Positions 1 through 9,521 of a stretch of 50,924 nt of DNA are shown here, one piece after another. Each line of letters begins with the position of its first letter. Position 1 is the first letter of the stretch. The position numbers and the translations under genes were made by a program. The stretch is from Faecousia sp. (lineage in GTDB: Bacteria > Bacillota > Clostridia > Oscillospirales > Oscillospiraceae), in contig JBGVPJ010000047.1 of NCBI GenBank assembly GCA_045126955.1, forward strand, positions 1 to 50,924, read 5' to 3'. Below the pieces are notes generated by a model. That model saw only the letters and a program-made list of their open reading frames with translations, had not been told where the DNA came from and did not search any database.

Positions 1-176
1 GTGTCACGGCGTTAAGCCGTGACGGAGCGGTTGTGCTCGTAGTGACAATCCCCCAGTCACCGCCGTGGGGTGACAGCTCGGTGAGGCGAGCCCGGTCGGC
101 GGCTCTGACAGCCCACCCGGCTGTCAATCACTACCGCCGACAGCGCTGCGCTTACCCTTTACACAACGGGGCCTTA
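1..176. repeat. Composite REP-like palindromic repeat cluster (truncated by window edge)
   Basis: Nested short hairpins (gtcacggc..gccgtgac; gtcggcgg..ccgccgac; tgacagcc..ggctgtca). The acaatccc and ccctttacacaa motifs recur in the repeat at 39632-39759. Confidence 0.55.
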
Positions 177-351
177 GTGCGCACCTAACCGCATCTGCGG
201 TGGTGGGGCACCACACGCAAGCGAAAGAAAACTCGATGAGCCTATAGGCTCGGCAGGTTGTAGGCCCTAAGGGGGCCTGTGCATACCACCGGCACGGCTG
301 GTGGTTATGATTTGCGTAGGAGAGCCACGAGACGTTTTTATATGTCACAAT

Positions 352-1344
352 TTACAGCAGTGCCTTTCGCAATTCCTCACCGGACTTGGGAGAGAGATAG
401 GCCGGAGGAATATCAAAAACGGTTTTACAGCCGAAGCTGCCTTCTTTTGCCAGTCGCCAAGCGGCACGTGCATAGGCCACCAGTATACTGGCGGTAAATT
501 CCGGGTTGGAGTCCAGCTTAAGTGCATATTCAATGCGCTGGGCAGTTTCACCGGCTTGTCCCGTTACGCCGGTGCGAATCACAAAGCCGCCATGGGGGAT
601 GCCGCTGTGGTCCCGCCGCAGTTCATCCAAGGTGATGAAGTGGACGGTGGTATCGTAATCGGCAAAGTAGCCGGGCATGGTCTTGATTTCTCTTTCAATG
701 CGCTCTGTGTCGGCTCCGGGTGCTGCCACCACAAAGCACTCCCGGGTGTGTTTTTCCCGGGCGGTAAGGGTGGGGTTCTCTCCGGCACGTACCCGACGCA
801 GGGATTCCTCCACGGGAACGGTGTACTGACGGGCATCCAACACGCCTTCGATTCTGCGGATGGCATCGGAATGGCCCTGACTGACCCCCTTGCCCCAGAA
901 GGTATAATCATTGCCTTGGGGCAGGATGCAGTTGCCCAAAAGCCGCTGTAAGCTAAACATGCCCGGGTCCCAGCCCACACTGATGAGCGCCACATGGCCG
1001 GTCTTCCTTGCGCTTTCATCGCAGGCGGCAAAGTGTTCCGGAATACGGCTATGGTTGTCAAAGCTATCTACAATATGGAAGTGCTGTGCAAATTCCGGAC
1101 TCTGCATGGGCAGGTCGGTAGCGCTGCCACCGCAAAGTATCAGCACATCAACAGTATCTTTTTTTTCAAGCAGGGCATCTACGCCATATACCGGCACACC
1201 GGGGGTGCAAAGGGTAAGGGAGCCGGGATTTCGGCGGGTGAACACGGCAACCAGTTCCATATCCGGATTCTGGCGGATGGCAAGCTCAGCACCACGACCC
1301 AAATTGCCGTAGCCAAGGATGCCGATGCGGATTTTATTTTCCAT
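352..1344 (-). CDS. ddh: meso-diaminopimelate D-dehydrogenase
   Basis: N-terminal GYGNLG Rossmann motif; SVGWDPG, FWGKGVSQGHSDA, HGGFVIR and NPEFTAS motifs. Confidence 0.95.
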   Translation of the reverse strand: MENKIRIGILGYGNLGRGAELAIRQNPDMELVAVFTRRNPGSLTLCTPGVPVYGVDALLEKKDTVDVLILCGGSATDLPMQSPEFAQHFHIVDSFDNHSRIPEHFAACDESARKTGHVALISVGWDPGMFSLQRLLGNCILPQGNDYTFWGKGVSQGHSDAIRRIEGVLDARQYTVPVEESLRRVRAGENPTLTAREKHTRECFVVAAPGADTERIEREIKTMPGYFADYDTTVHFITLDELRRDHSGIPHGGFVIRTGVTGQAGETAQRIEYALKLDSNPEFTASILVAYARAAWRLAKEGSFGCKTVFDIPPAYLSPKSGEELRKALL

Positions 1345-1358
1345 AAGTCATTCTCCTT

Positions 1359-2279
1359 TCATCGAAACAGCGGGGTGGATAGGTATCGGTCGCCGGTATC
1401 CGGCAGTAGTACCACGATGGTTTTGCCCGGGTTCTCCTCTGCCAGAAGGAAGGCGGCATGGAGGGCGGCACCGGAGGAGATACCCACCAAAACGCCTTCG
1501 GTTTTTCCCAACAGCCTGGCGGCTTCGTAGGCCTGCTCCTCGGTGACGGCAATAATTCGGTCATAGATTGCGGTATTGAGCACCTTGGGCACAAAGTTGG
1601 CGCCGATGCCCTGCAGGCCATGGGGCCCGGCCTTGCCGCCGGAGAGCAGAGGTGAGCCGACAGGTTCCACCGCCACCACTTGTACGCCAGGCTTTTTCTC
1701 TTTTAAATACTCACCAACACCTGTGATGGTGCCTCCCGTGCCAACACCGGCCACGAAAAAGTCCACATCACCCTCGGTGTCCTGCCAAATTTCCGGCCCG
1801 GTGGTGGTTCGGTGGGCGGCCGCGTTGGCGGGGTTGCCAAATTGGTCGGGGATGAAGCTTCCGGGAAGCTCTTTTGCCAGTGCTTCTGCTTTGTCGATGG
1901 CACCCTGCATGCCCAGTGCGCCGGGGGTCAGCACCACCTCTGCACCGTAGGCTTTCATAAGTGTCTGCCGCTCCACGCTCATAGAATCGGGCATGACAAT
2001 AATGGTTCGGTAGCCTCTGGCCGCCGCTACACAGGCAAGGCCGATGCCCGTATTTCCGGAGGTTGGCTCAATAATCACAGAGCCCTCCTTGAGAAGTCCC
2101 CGGTTTTCTGCGTCTTCCACCATGCTTAGGGCAACCCGATCCTTTGCAGAGCCGGCTGGATTGAAAAACTCAAGCTTTGCCAGCACCCGAGCTTGAAGGC
2201 CTTTCATTTTTTGCATAGCGGTCAGTTCCAAAAGCGGCGTATTGCCGATGAGTGCACTTGCGGTTTTGTAAACAGCCAT
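1359..2279 (-). CDS. cysK: Cysteine synthase A (O-acetylserine sulfhydrylase)
   Basis: PLP lysine motif KLEFFNPAGSAKDR; PTSGNTG, GVGTGGT, PDTGDRYLST. Confidence 0.95.
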   Translation of the reverse strand: MAVYKTASALIGNTPLLELTAMQKMKGLQARVLAKLEFFNPAGSAKDRVALSMVEDAENRGLLKEGSVIIEPTSGNTGIGLACVAAARGYRTIIVMPDSMSVERQTLMKAYGAEVVLTPGALGMQGAIDKAEALAKELPGSFIPDQFGNPANAAAHRTTTGPEIWQDTEGDVDFFVAGVGTGGTITGVGEYLKEKKPGVQVVAVEPVGSPLLSGGKAGPHGLQGIGANFVPKVLNTAIYDRIIAVTEEQAYEAARLLGKTEGVLVGISSGAALHAAFLLAEENPGKTIVVLLPDTGDRYLSTPLFR

Positions 2280-2330
2280 ATCCCAGCCTCCTGCAAATAT
2301 TTACTAAATTATACTCCCAGAAAAGATTTC

Positions 2331-2370
2331 TTGTCAATAGGAACATTGACAAGGGGTGCATCCTATGATA
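2331..2370. promoter_or_regulatory. Divergent cysK/cysE promoters with inverted TTGACA -35 boxes
   Basis: ttgtcaat-aggaac-attgacaa inverted repeat between the divergent genes; TATGAT/GATATA candidates for -10 on the + strand. Confidence 0.5.
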
Positions 2371-2401
2371 TAAAAAGGAAAAGTGCGAGGGAGGATGTAT
2401 T

Positions 2402-3325
2402 ATGACACCGTTTGAAGAAAAAATTGAATCTGTGGTAGACAGTATTTTGCAGGATTACCACGGCGATCGGGATATTGATAAAATCGAGCTGTCTCGCAAG
2501 CCGGACAAGGATGTGGTGATTGACATCATTGAAAAGCTCCGAAGAATCGTATTTCCCGGTTATTTTAAAGATAAAAATTACCGGATGTACAATGCCAAGC
2601 ACAATCTGTCCATGCTCATTGAGGATGTGATGTTTAATTTAAACCGTCAAATCGCGCTGGTGTTTCAGAGCGGCGGTGAGTTGGAGGAATCTGCACAGAT
2701 GCACGCCCAGGATGTGTGCTTGGAATTCTTTCGGCAGATTCCCTCCGTGCGCGCCATGGTGCAGACGGATTTGGAGGCGGCTTATGAAGGTGACCCGGCG
2801 GCAACCGGTATGGCGGAGATCATTTTTGCCTATCCGGGTCTGTTTGCCATCACCGTATACCGCCTTGCCCATGTGCTGTACACCCTAAAGGTGCCCATGC
2901 TCCCCAGAATCATGACCGAGCATGCCCACAGCATCACAGGTATTGATATTCACCCGGGTGCCACTGTGGGAAAGTATTTCTTCATTGACCACGGCACCGG
3001 CATCGTGGTGGGCGAGACCACCGTGATTGGGGACAATGTCAAGCTCTACCAAGGCGTGACCTTGGGTGCGCTTTCCACCCGCGGCGGTCAGAGTTTACGG
3101 GGCAAGCGCCGCCATCCCACCATTGAGGACAATGTGACTATCTATGCCGGTGCCTCCGTGTTGGGCGGGGAGACGGTAATTGGCAGAGATTCGGTTATTG
3201 GCTCCAATGCCTTTATAACCAAGTCTGTAGCACCCTGCACCACAGTGTCCATCAAAAGCCAGGAGCTGCAGATGAAGACCCGGGCAGAATGTGCCGACTG
3301 TAAGCAGATATTCTGGTGCGAATAA
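2402..3325 (+). CDS. cysE: Serine O-acetyltransferase (long EpsC-type)
   Basis: GDPAA, GIDIHPGA, FFIDHGTG, YQGVTLG, KRHPTI hexapeptide-repeat motifs; ggagga RBS. Confidence 0.93.
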   Translation: MTPFEEKIESVVDSILQDYHGDRDIDKIELSRKPDKDVVIDIIEKLRRIVFPGYFKDKNYRMYNAKHNLSMLIEDVMFNLNRQIALVFQSGGELEESAQMHAQDVCLEFFRQIPSVRAMVQTDLEAAYEGDPAATGMAEIIFAYPGLFAITVYRLAHVLYTLKVPMLPRIMTEHAHSITGIDIHPGATVGKYFFIDHGTGIVVGETTVIGDNVKLYQGVTLGALSTRGGQSLRGKRRHPTIEDNVTIYAGASVLGGETVIGRDSVIGSNAFITKSVAPCTTVSIKSQELQMKTRAECADCKQIFWCE

Positions 3326-3330
3326 TTATT

Positions 3331-3636
3331 GAGGGCGTGTTTGTAACACGCCCTTCAGAGTGTCAATAAACCCCCAAATCGTCAAAATCCAATTTTTGAT
3401 GATTTGGGGTTCTTCTTTTCTTCGGATTCATGCGTCAATTGGGCATATAAGCGACAGGGGGTGCGAAAATGCTTGCTATGCAAGGGATTTTGACTTACTG
3501 CACAAACGGGCGGACTACCGTACCTATGTACGCCGACGCCGCCCGTTTGCTTGTCTTTGGGGCTTTCTTGACCTCTGCCGGTTGCGTCAAAAATACTTTT
3601 TTGACGCAACCGGAGGGCGTGTTTGTAACACGCCCT
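3331..3636. mobile_element. MITE-like/IS remnant between two copies of a 24 bp hairpin
   Basis: gagggcgtgtttgtaacacgccct at 3331-3354 and 3613-3636. Imperfect terminal IRs: cagagtgtcaataaacccc (from 3356) and ggggctttcttgacctctg (to 3577). Perfect palindrome at 3578-3613. No transposase ORF. Confidence 0.55.
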
Positions 3637-3649
3637 CTTTATGTTATGA

Positions 3650-4039
3650 TTATGCGTCCGAGGGAAGCAAAAGTAACATGGGATACAGCAATTGCGCCTG
3701 CGTACCATCAATTTGCTGCCATTCGCCATCGTCTCTGCGCAGATAGTCATAGCCCTGCTGCACAAAAATGCTGTCCGGTCCGTGGGAATACCGCAGGGTG
3801 AATCGACAGGTGATTTCGTGAGTATTCTCCGGGATAATCGGCCCAAAGGGGCGTATTATCCGCAGATAGTTGAGTATTGATTGGATGCTCTCCTGTTGTG
3901 AATAGGTGCGGGTCAGCACCCCCTCAGGTCGCAGAAATTCGATCTGTATACCGGTCACCACCTGCGTTACGGGCGCCCTCCGAGTGGCGCAGCCACTCAA
4001 CAACAGCACTAAAATCAATATTACTGCAAATTTTTTCAT
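3650..4039 (-). CDS. Hypothetical lipoprotein
   Basis: MKKFAVILILVLLLSGC signal peptide and lipobox; gaggtgg RBS upstream. Confidence 0.7.
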   Translation of the reverse strand: MKKFAVILILVLLLSGCATRRAPVTQVVTGIQIEFLRPEGVLTRTYSQQESIQSILNYLRIIRPFGPIIPENTHEITCRFTLRYSHGPDSIFVQQGYDYLRRDDGEWQQIDGTQAQLLYPMLLLLPSDA

Positions 4040-4310
4040 GCCACCCACCTCATTTTCCAGTATGGCATGAAATGAAGAGAGCTATTCAAAAAATACCGTG
4101 AAAATTTCACAGCGCTTTTCAACCGTTGCAAGGCCGGTACAGGCGAAAAATATGAGTTTCCTCTTGTAAAACGCAGGTTTCTGTGATAAACTAAGTTGAT
4201 TTAGTATGGAGAGTATACGCTTTTGGAGGTAATTGTGCGTTTATCGTATCCGCCTTAGTTCTCTGGCGTTTTATCAAACATTTACCTTACTAATTGCTTG
4301 GAGGAAAATT

Positions 4311-5903
4311 ATGTCGACCTTGATAGAAGAAATCAGCCGCCGCCGAACCTTTGCCATCATCTCCCATCCGGACGCCGGTAAAACCACCTTAACGGAAAAA
4401 TTCCTGCTCTACGGCGGTGCAATCGCCCAGGCAGGTGTGGTAAAGGGCAAGAAAAATTCCCGTGCCGCCACCTCCGACTGGATGGAGATTGAGAAGCAGC
4501 GTGGTATTTCTGTTACATCGTCTGTAATGCAATTTCAGTACGGCGGCTTCTGCATCAACATTTTGGATACCCCCGGTCACCAGGACTTTTCCGAGGACAC
4601 CTACCGCACATTGATGGCTGCCGACGCTGCCGTAATGGTTATTGATGGCGCCAAGGGCGTGGAGCCTCAGACCAGAAAGCTGTTTAAGGTCTGTGCCATG
4701 CGCCATATTCCTATTTTCACCTTTGTGAATAAGATGGACCGTGAGACCAAGGACCCCTTTGACCTGCTGGACGAAGTGGAACGGGAGCTGGGTATTGAGA
4801 CCTATGCCATGAACTGGCCCATCGGTTCCGGCAAGGATTTTCAGGGTGTCTATGACAGAGAAAAGAGCCAGCTGCTGTTTTTCTCGGGACTCAACGGCAA
4901 AGCAAAAGCGGAAAAACAGGCAATAGACCTGTACGACAGTAAGGTTGCGGAGCTTTTGGACTCCGAAGCCAAGCATCAGCAGTTGATTGATGATGTGGAG
5001 CTGTTGTCTGCCGGTCGGGAGATGGACTTTGAGGCTGTGAAAAAAGGGCAGCTGTCCCCGGTGTTCTTCGGCTCGGCACTGACCAATTTCGGCATTGAAC
5101 CGTTTTTGGAGAATTTCCTGAAGCTGACCCCGCCCCCCATGTCCCGGGTATCCGACTGCGGCGAAATCGACACCTTCAGTCCGGATTTTTCTGCCTTTGT
5201 GTTTAAGATTCAAGCCAATATGAACAAAGCCCACCGGGATCGGCTGGCTTTTATGCGGATTTGCTCCGGAAAATTCCAGCGGGATACCGAATACTACCAC
5301 ATGCAGGGCGGTCGCAAAATGCGGCTTTCCCAGCCTCAGCAGCTGATGGCCGCGGAGCGGGAAATCGTGGAAGAGGCCTACGCAGGTGACGTGATCGGTG
5401 TATTTGACCCGGGAATCTTCGCCATCGGTGACACCATCACCGTACCCGGCAAGAAATTCCTGTACTCCGGCATTCCCACCTTTGCACCCGAGCATTTTTG
5501 TCGGGTATCCGCACGGGATTCCATGAAGCGCAAGCAATTTGTCAAGGGAACGGAACAGATTGCCCAGGAGGGCGCTATTCAGATTTTCAAGGTGCCCAAC
5601 TCCGGTATGGAGGAGGTCATCGTGGGCGTTGTGGGTACTTTGCAGTTTGACGTGTTCGAGTATCGGATGAAGAATGAGTACGGTGTGGACCTGCGGATGA
5701 GCATGCTGCCCTATGAGGAGATTCGTCTCATTGACAGCTATCCCGGCGAACTGTCTGATTTGAATTTGGGAAGCGACGCAGAGCTTTTGGAGGATTACCG
5801 CGGTCGGAATCTGCTGGTGTTCAGCAGCTACTGGGCCATTGACTTCACCTGCAAGCGAAACCCAGGTTTAACACTGAAGGAAATTGTCGTTGAAGAAGGT
5901 TAA
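4311..5903 (+). CDS. prfC: Peptide chain release factor 3
   Basis: RRRTFAIISHPDAGKTT, SDWMEIEKQRGISV, DTPGH, NKMD; ATG 4311 follows ggagg RBS. Confidence 0.96.
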   Translation: MSTLIEEISRRRTFAIISHPDAGKTTLTEKFLLYGGAIAQAGVVKGKKNSRAATSDWMEIEKQRGISVTSSVMQFQYGGFCINILDTPGHQDFSEDTYRTLMAADAAVMVIDGAKGVEPQTRKLFKVCAMRHIPIFTFVNKMDRETKDPFDLLDEVERELGIETYAMNWPIGSGKDFQGVYDREKSQLLFFSGLNGKAKAEKQAIDLYDSKVAELLDSEAKHQQLIDDVELLSAGREMDFEAVKKGQLSPVFFGSALTNFGIEPFLENFLKLTPPPMSRVSDCGEIDTFSPDFSAFVFKIQANMNKAHRDRLAFMRICSGKFQRDTEYYHMQGGRKMRLSQPQQLMAAEREIVEEAYAGDVIGVFDPGIFAIGDTITVPGKKFLYSGIPTFAPEHFCRVSARDSMKRKQFVKGTEQIAQEGAIQIFKVPNSGMEEVIVGVVGTLQFDVFEYRMKNEYGVDLRMSMLPYEEIRLIDSYPGELSDLNLGSDAELLEDYRGRNLLVFSSYWAIDFTCKRNPGLTLKEIVVEEG

Positions 5904-5941
5904 GCGGTGACGCAGTCACCCGAACTCTGAGAGGTGTTTCT

Positions 5942-7543
5942 ATGAAGATACAATTTATTGGCGCTGCCCATGAGGTTACAGGCTCGTGTACGCTGTTAGA
6001 GGTTGGTGGAAGAAAGTATCTTGTAGACTGTGGCATGGAGCAGGGTAAGGATATTTTTGAAAATGTACCGATTCCCGTTCCTGCTATGGAAATTGAAGCA
6101 GTTTTTCTAACCCATGCACATATTGACCATTCCGGCATGCTTCCCAAACTCTACAAGGACGGGTTCCGGGGGACTATTTATGCAACAAGAGAAACATGCA
6201 ACCTGTGCAATATTATGCTCCGAGACTCTGCCCATATTCAAATGTCAGAGGCGGAGCGGCAAAACAGAAAGGCAAAACGGGCCGGAACAGAGCCGGTGGA
6301 GCCGGTGTATGATTTGGAGGACACATTGGGTGCAATTTCCCAGTTCCGTCCCTGTGGCTATGGTGAGCTGGTGCGGATGGCAGAGGGCATCTGCGTTCGT
6401 TTTACAGATGTAGGACACTTGCTTGGCTCCGCCTGTATCGAGTTGTGGCTTACAGAGGGAAAACAGACGAGAAAAATTGTCTTTTCCGGCGACGTGGGAA
6501 ATACCAACCAACCCATTATTAATGACCCAAAGACGGTAGAGGAAACGGATTTCCTGGTTATTGAATCTACCTATGGCAATCGCAATCACACACCGGGAGC
6601 AGACCCGGTTTGGGACTTGGCTACGCACATTCAGCAGACCTTAGACAAGGGTGGCAACGTGGTAATTCCTTCTTTTGCGGTGGGACGTACCCAAGAAATG
6701 CTCTATGCCATTCGGCAAATTAAGCTGCAGGGTTTGGTGAAGGGCCATGAGGGTTTCCCGGTTTATGTGGATAGCCCCTTGGCGGTAGAAGCGACCAGTA
6801 TTTTCTTGCAATGTGATTTGAGTTGTCTGGATGCACCTACCATGGCTATGGTGGAACAGGGCATTAACCCGTTATGGTTTGACGGTTTGACGCTGTCTGT
6901 CACTGCGGACGAATCCAAAGCCATCAATGAGGACAGCCGACCGAAGGTGATTCTCTCAGCAAGCGGTATGTGTGAGGCCGGACGGATACGGCATCATTTG
7001 AAGCACAACTTGTGGCGTCCGGAAAGCACAATTCTATTTGTAGGCTATCAGGCGGAAGGCTCCTTGGGTCGGCGGTTGCAGGATGGCTTTAAGGATGTGC
7101 GGCTTTTTGGAGAGGATATTACTGTCCATGCGCAAATTGCTTCACTCCACGGCACTTCAGGTCATGCGGATCAGGCAGGCCTGTTGCGATGGCTGGGAGG
7201 TTTCCGTGAAAAACCGAGAACCGTGTATATCAACCATGGTGACGATGAGTCAGTCCAAATCTTCCAGACATTGCTTGAAGAAAAGGGCTATCATGTCCAG
7301 GCTCCCTACAGCGGGGCAGCCTATGATTTGTTGCAGGATAAACTGCTGATTCGTGCTGAGTCAAGACCTATTCGCAAAATCCAAAGGCAGCAGAGCACCC
7401 AAAACGCCAATGACGCCTATAACCAACTGGTCAATGCCGCAGAGGGGTTGTTGGCGCTGGTAAAAAAACGCCGTGGTTGCCCCAATAAGGAAAATACCCG
7501 TCTAACGAATCAAATTCTCAATCTCATTCAAAGATGGAAATAA
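5942..7543 (+). CDS. MBL-fold / beta-CASP metallo-hydrolase (RNA-processing family)
   Basis: THAHIDHSG motif, GHLLGSA, FSGDVG, ESTYG, PSFAVGRTQE, SGHAD, NHGD. Confidence 0.9.
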   Translation: MKIQFIGAAHEVTGSCTLLEVGGRKYLVDCGMEQGKDIFENVPIPVPAMEIEAVFLTHAHIDHSGMLPKLYKDGFRGTIYATRETCNLCNIMLRDSAHIQMSEAERQNRKAKRAGTEPVEPVYDLEDTLGAISQFRPCGYGELVRMAEGICVRFTDVGHLLGSACIELWLTEGKQTRKIVFSGDVGNTNQPIINDPKTVEETDFLVIESTYGNRNHTPGADPVWDLATHIQQTLDKGGNVVIPSFAVGRTQEMLYAIRQIKLQGLVKGHEGFPVYVDSPLAVEATSIFLQCDLSCLDAPTMAMVEQGINPLWFDGLTLSVTADESKAINEDSRPKVILSASGMCEAGRIRHHLKHNLWRPESTILFVGYQAEGSLGRRLQDGFKDVRLFGEDITVHAQIASLHGTSGHADQAGLLRWLGGFREKPRTVYINHGDDESVQIFQTLLEEKGYHVQAPYSGAAYDLLQDKLLIRAESRPIRKIQRQQSTQNANDAYNQLVNAAEGLLALVKKRRGCPNKENTRLTNQILNLIQRWK

Positions 7544-7549
7544 CAAGAA

Positions 7550-7579
7550 GGGCGTGTTGCAGCATTTTGCAACACGCCC
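7550..7579. terminator. Hairpin between convergent genes
   Basis: gggcgtgttgc / gcaacacgccc inverted repeat. Confidence 0.6.
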
Positions 7580-7583
7580 AGAA

Positions 7584-8045
7584 TCATGTCTTTTGTTTCC
7601 GAAAGATGAGAAATTTGGAAATTAGATAATTGCCGATCAAAACGGCAACCTGTGCCACGATTTTTACCACGGTGCTGTTAAAATCCAGCCAAGTGACGAA
7701 TATCAGAAGCAACAACTCCTCCATTCCCAAGGTCAGTAGCCGCCCGGAGTAGAAGGTAACCAGCTCCTGCCACAGGGCCTGTCCCTTTGTTTGGGAGCAG
7801 AACACCCAAATGCGGTTGGTAATGTAGGCAAAACCCACCGCCAGCACCCAAGACAGCGCATTGGCCAAAAGCTCGTTCATACCCAACACCGAATCAAACA
7901 GCACAAATGACCCGATGCTGATCAGCGTGGTGCATCCACCGAAGAAAATATACAGCAGTAGCTCCTTGTACTTTTCATACGGCCCGTAGAAGCGGCGCAA
8001 GATCGGAAGACGCATCATTTTATCAAAAATATCCTTTTGATTCAT
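7584..8045 (-). CDS. GtrA-family membrane protein (lipid-linked sugar translocase)
   Basis: Four hydrophobic segments; YIFFGGCTT, FAYITNRIWVF, NYLISKFLIF typical of GtrA. Confidence 0.88.
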   Translation of the reverse strand: MNQKDIFDKMMRLPILRRFYGPYEKYKELLLYIFFGGCTTLISIGSFVLFDSVLGMNELLANALSWVLAVGFAYITNRIWVFCSQTKGQALWQELVTFYSGRLLTLGMEELLLLIFVTWLDFNSTVVKIVAQVAVLIGNYLISKFLIFRKQKT

Positions 8046-8992
8046 GCTTCTCCGTCCTGTTCCAACAGCTTGTCGGTGTCCACCCGAACAATATATCGGG
8101 GGCGTTGCTTGACCTCCTCATAAATGGCCGCCACATAGCTGCCAATCAGGCCCAAACCCAGCAGAATTCCACCGCCCAATAACAGCAGCAGCAAAATTAC
8201 CGTGGTAAAGCCCTCCATAGCCCAACCGCAGGCCCAACGCACCAGTGTTTGAATGCCCAAAATAGCACCCGCTAGCAGAGCAATAATACCAATATAGCTG
8301 ACAATGTTCAGCGGTTTGGTGCTGAAGGCCACAATATTGGAAACGGCATACCGCACCAGTTTGAAAAAGGACCATTTTGTGGTGCCGAAGGCCCGCTCTG
8401 CCACATCGTAACAGACCTGACAGCTTTTGAAGCCCACCCAGAAGGACATGGCCCGGAAGAAGGTCTTCCGCTCCGGCATATCCAATAGCACCTGTACCAC
8501 CTTTTTGTCCAGTAGCTTAAAATCGCTGGTATTTTCCATATCCATGCCGGTGAGAGATGAGATGAGCTTATAAAAGGAGCCGGCAAACAGCTTGTGCAGG
8601 GCCGATTCTTTGCCCCGGCTGTTCTTTACACCCTCCACAACCTCATACCCCTGCTCCCACAGGCGGTACATTTCCACAATAGTCCGGGGTGGATGCTGTA
8701 AATCGCAGTCCATTACCACAGCACAGCCGCCCTTTATGGTGCTAAGGCCGGCAAAAACCGCCGCCTCCTTGCCAAAGTTGCGGCTGAATTCCAGACCACG
8801 GATACGGTTATCCTCCTTCGCCAGTGCCAAAATCTTGGCAAAGGTGCTGTCCCTGGAGCCGTCACTGACAAATACCAGCTCATAGGGGATCTGCGCCTGC
8901 GTCATGACATCCTGCACTACCCGGGCGGTGTTGCAGATATTTTCCTCCTCATTGAAGGCAGGTATGACGATGGAAAGCAGAGCGTTTTTCAT
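8042..8992 (-). CDS. GT2 polyprenol-phosphate glycosyltransferase (GtrB-like)
   Basis: SIVIPAFNEE, DGSRD, FSRNFGKEAA, MDCDLQHPP, two C-terminal TM helices, EVKQRPRYIV; ATGA overlap with the gtrA-like gene. Confidence 0.92.
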   Translation of the reverse strand: MKNALLSIVIPAFNEEENICNTARVVQDVMTQAQIPYELVFVSDGSRDSTFAKILALAKEDNRIRGLEFSRNFGKEAAVFAGLSTIKGGCAVVMDCDLQHPPRTIVEMYRLWEQGYEVVEGVKNSRGKESALHKLFAGSFYKLISSLTGMDMENTSDFKLLDKKVVQVLLDMPERKTFFRAMSFWVGFKSCQVCYDVAERAFGTTKWSFFKLVRYAVSNIVAFSTKPLNIVSYIGIIALLAGAILGIQTLVRWACGWAMEGFTTVILLLLLLGGGILLGLGLIGSYVAAIYEEVKQRPRYIVRVDTDKLLEQDGEA

Positions 8993-8995
8993 TTT

Positions 8996-9127
8996 CTATC
9001 TCCTTAAGTAATGTTCCGACAAATCTGATGTACTGTTTGACAGAGCTGGGCAATCAGCGATATCCTTAAGATACCGGGTAACATCCATTGAAAAACTATT
9101 CCCAATTACAAGAATTTTAATCGGCAT
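8996..9127 (-). pseudogene. 43-aa stub resembling the N-terminus of an SGNH-like (DUF4886-type) protein
   Basis: Manual translation MPIKILVIGNSFSMDVTRYLKDIADCPALSNSTSDLSEHYLRR*; the KILxIGNSFS block was recognised from memory. Confidence 0.45.
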
Positions 9128-9369
9128 CCATACTTCTTCCTGTTTTTCCCAATAATGCCGTTTCTCAATAAAAGGTTCCTTGTTTCTTTCATAATAGCAT
9201 GTATTCTCTAAAAAGCAAGGGGAATTTTGCGCTTTTTTGACGGCTCTGATATGTCATGTTACAGTCAAACAAATCATAAACAATGAAGGGAAAATTGTGG
9301 TTTTTAAGTACGGAGAAGCGCTTTATAGTGAAAGCGGTATTTTCGCCGATGTGCAGACAGAGAATAGAA

Positions 9370-9504
9370 ATATCCACTTCTACAACCAAGAGCGCATCCG
9401 GAATAAAACCGGAGTGGCGCCGCTGACGCTGCGCCACTCCCCGTAAACGAAATATTTCCTTCATAGGTGCTTTTTGTGCTGTTCGCATAAATCGGAGCAA
9501 TTCA
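9370..9504 (+). mobile_element. IS3-family (IS150-like) right-end remnant
   Basis: IHFYNQERIRNKTGVAPLTLRHS resembles an IS3 OrfB C-terminus. It is followed by an IR-like end (tgtgctgttcgcataaatcggagcaattca) terminating in CA. Confidence 0.65.
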
Positions 9505-9521
9505 CAGCAACCACCACTTTT

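Noticed and set aside
3360-3846. Overlapping ORFs of 110-154 aa across the cysE downstream region
   Set aside because: They run through palindromes and the MITE-like insert with no recognisable protein features.
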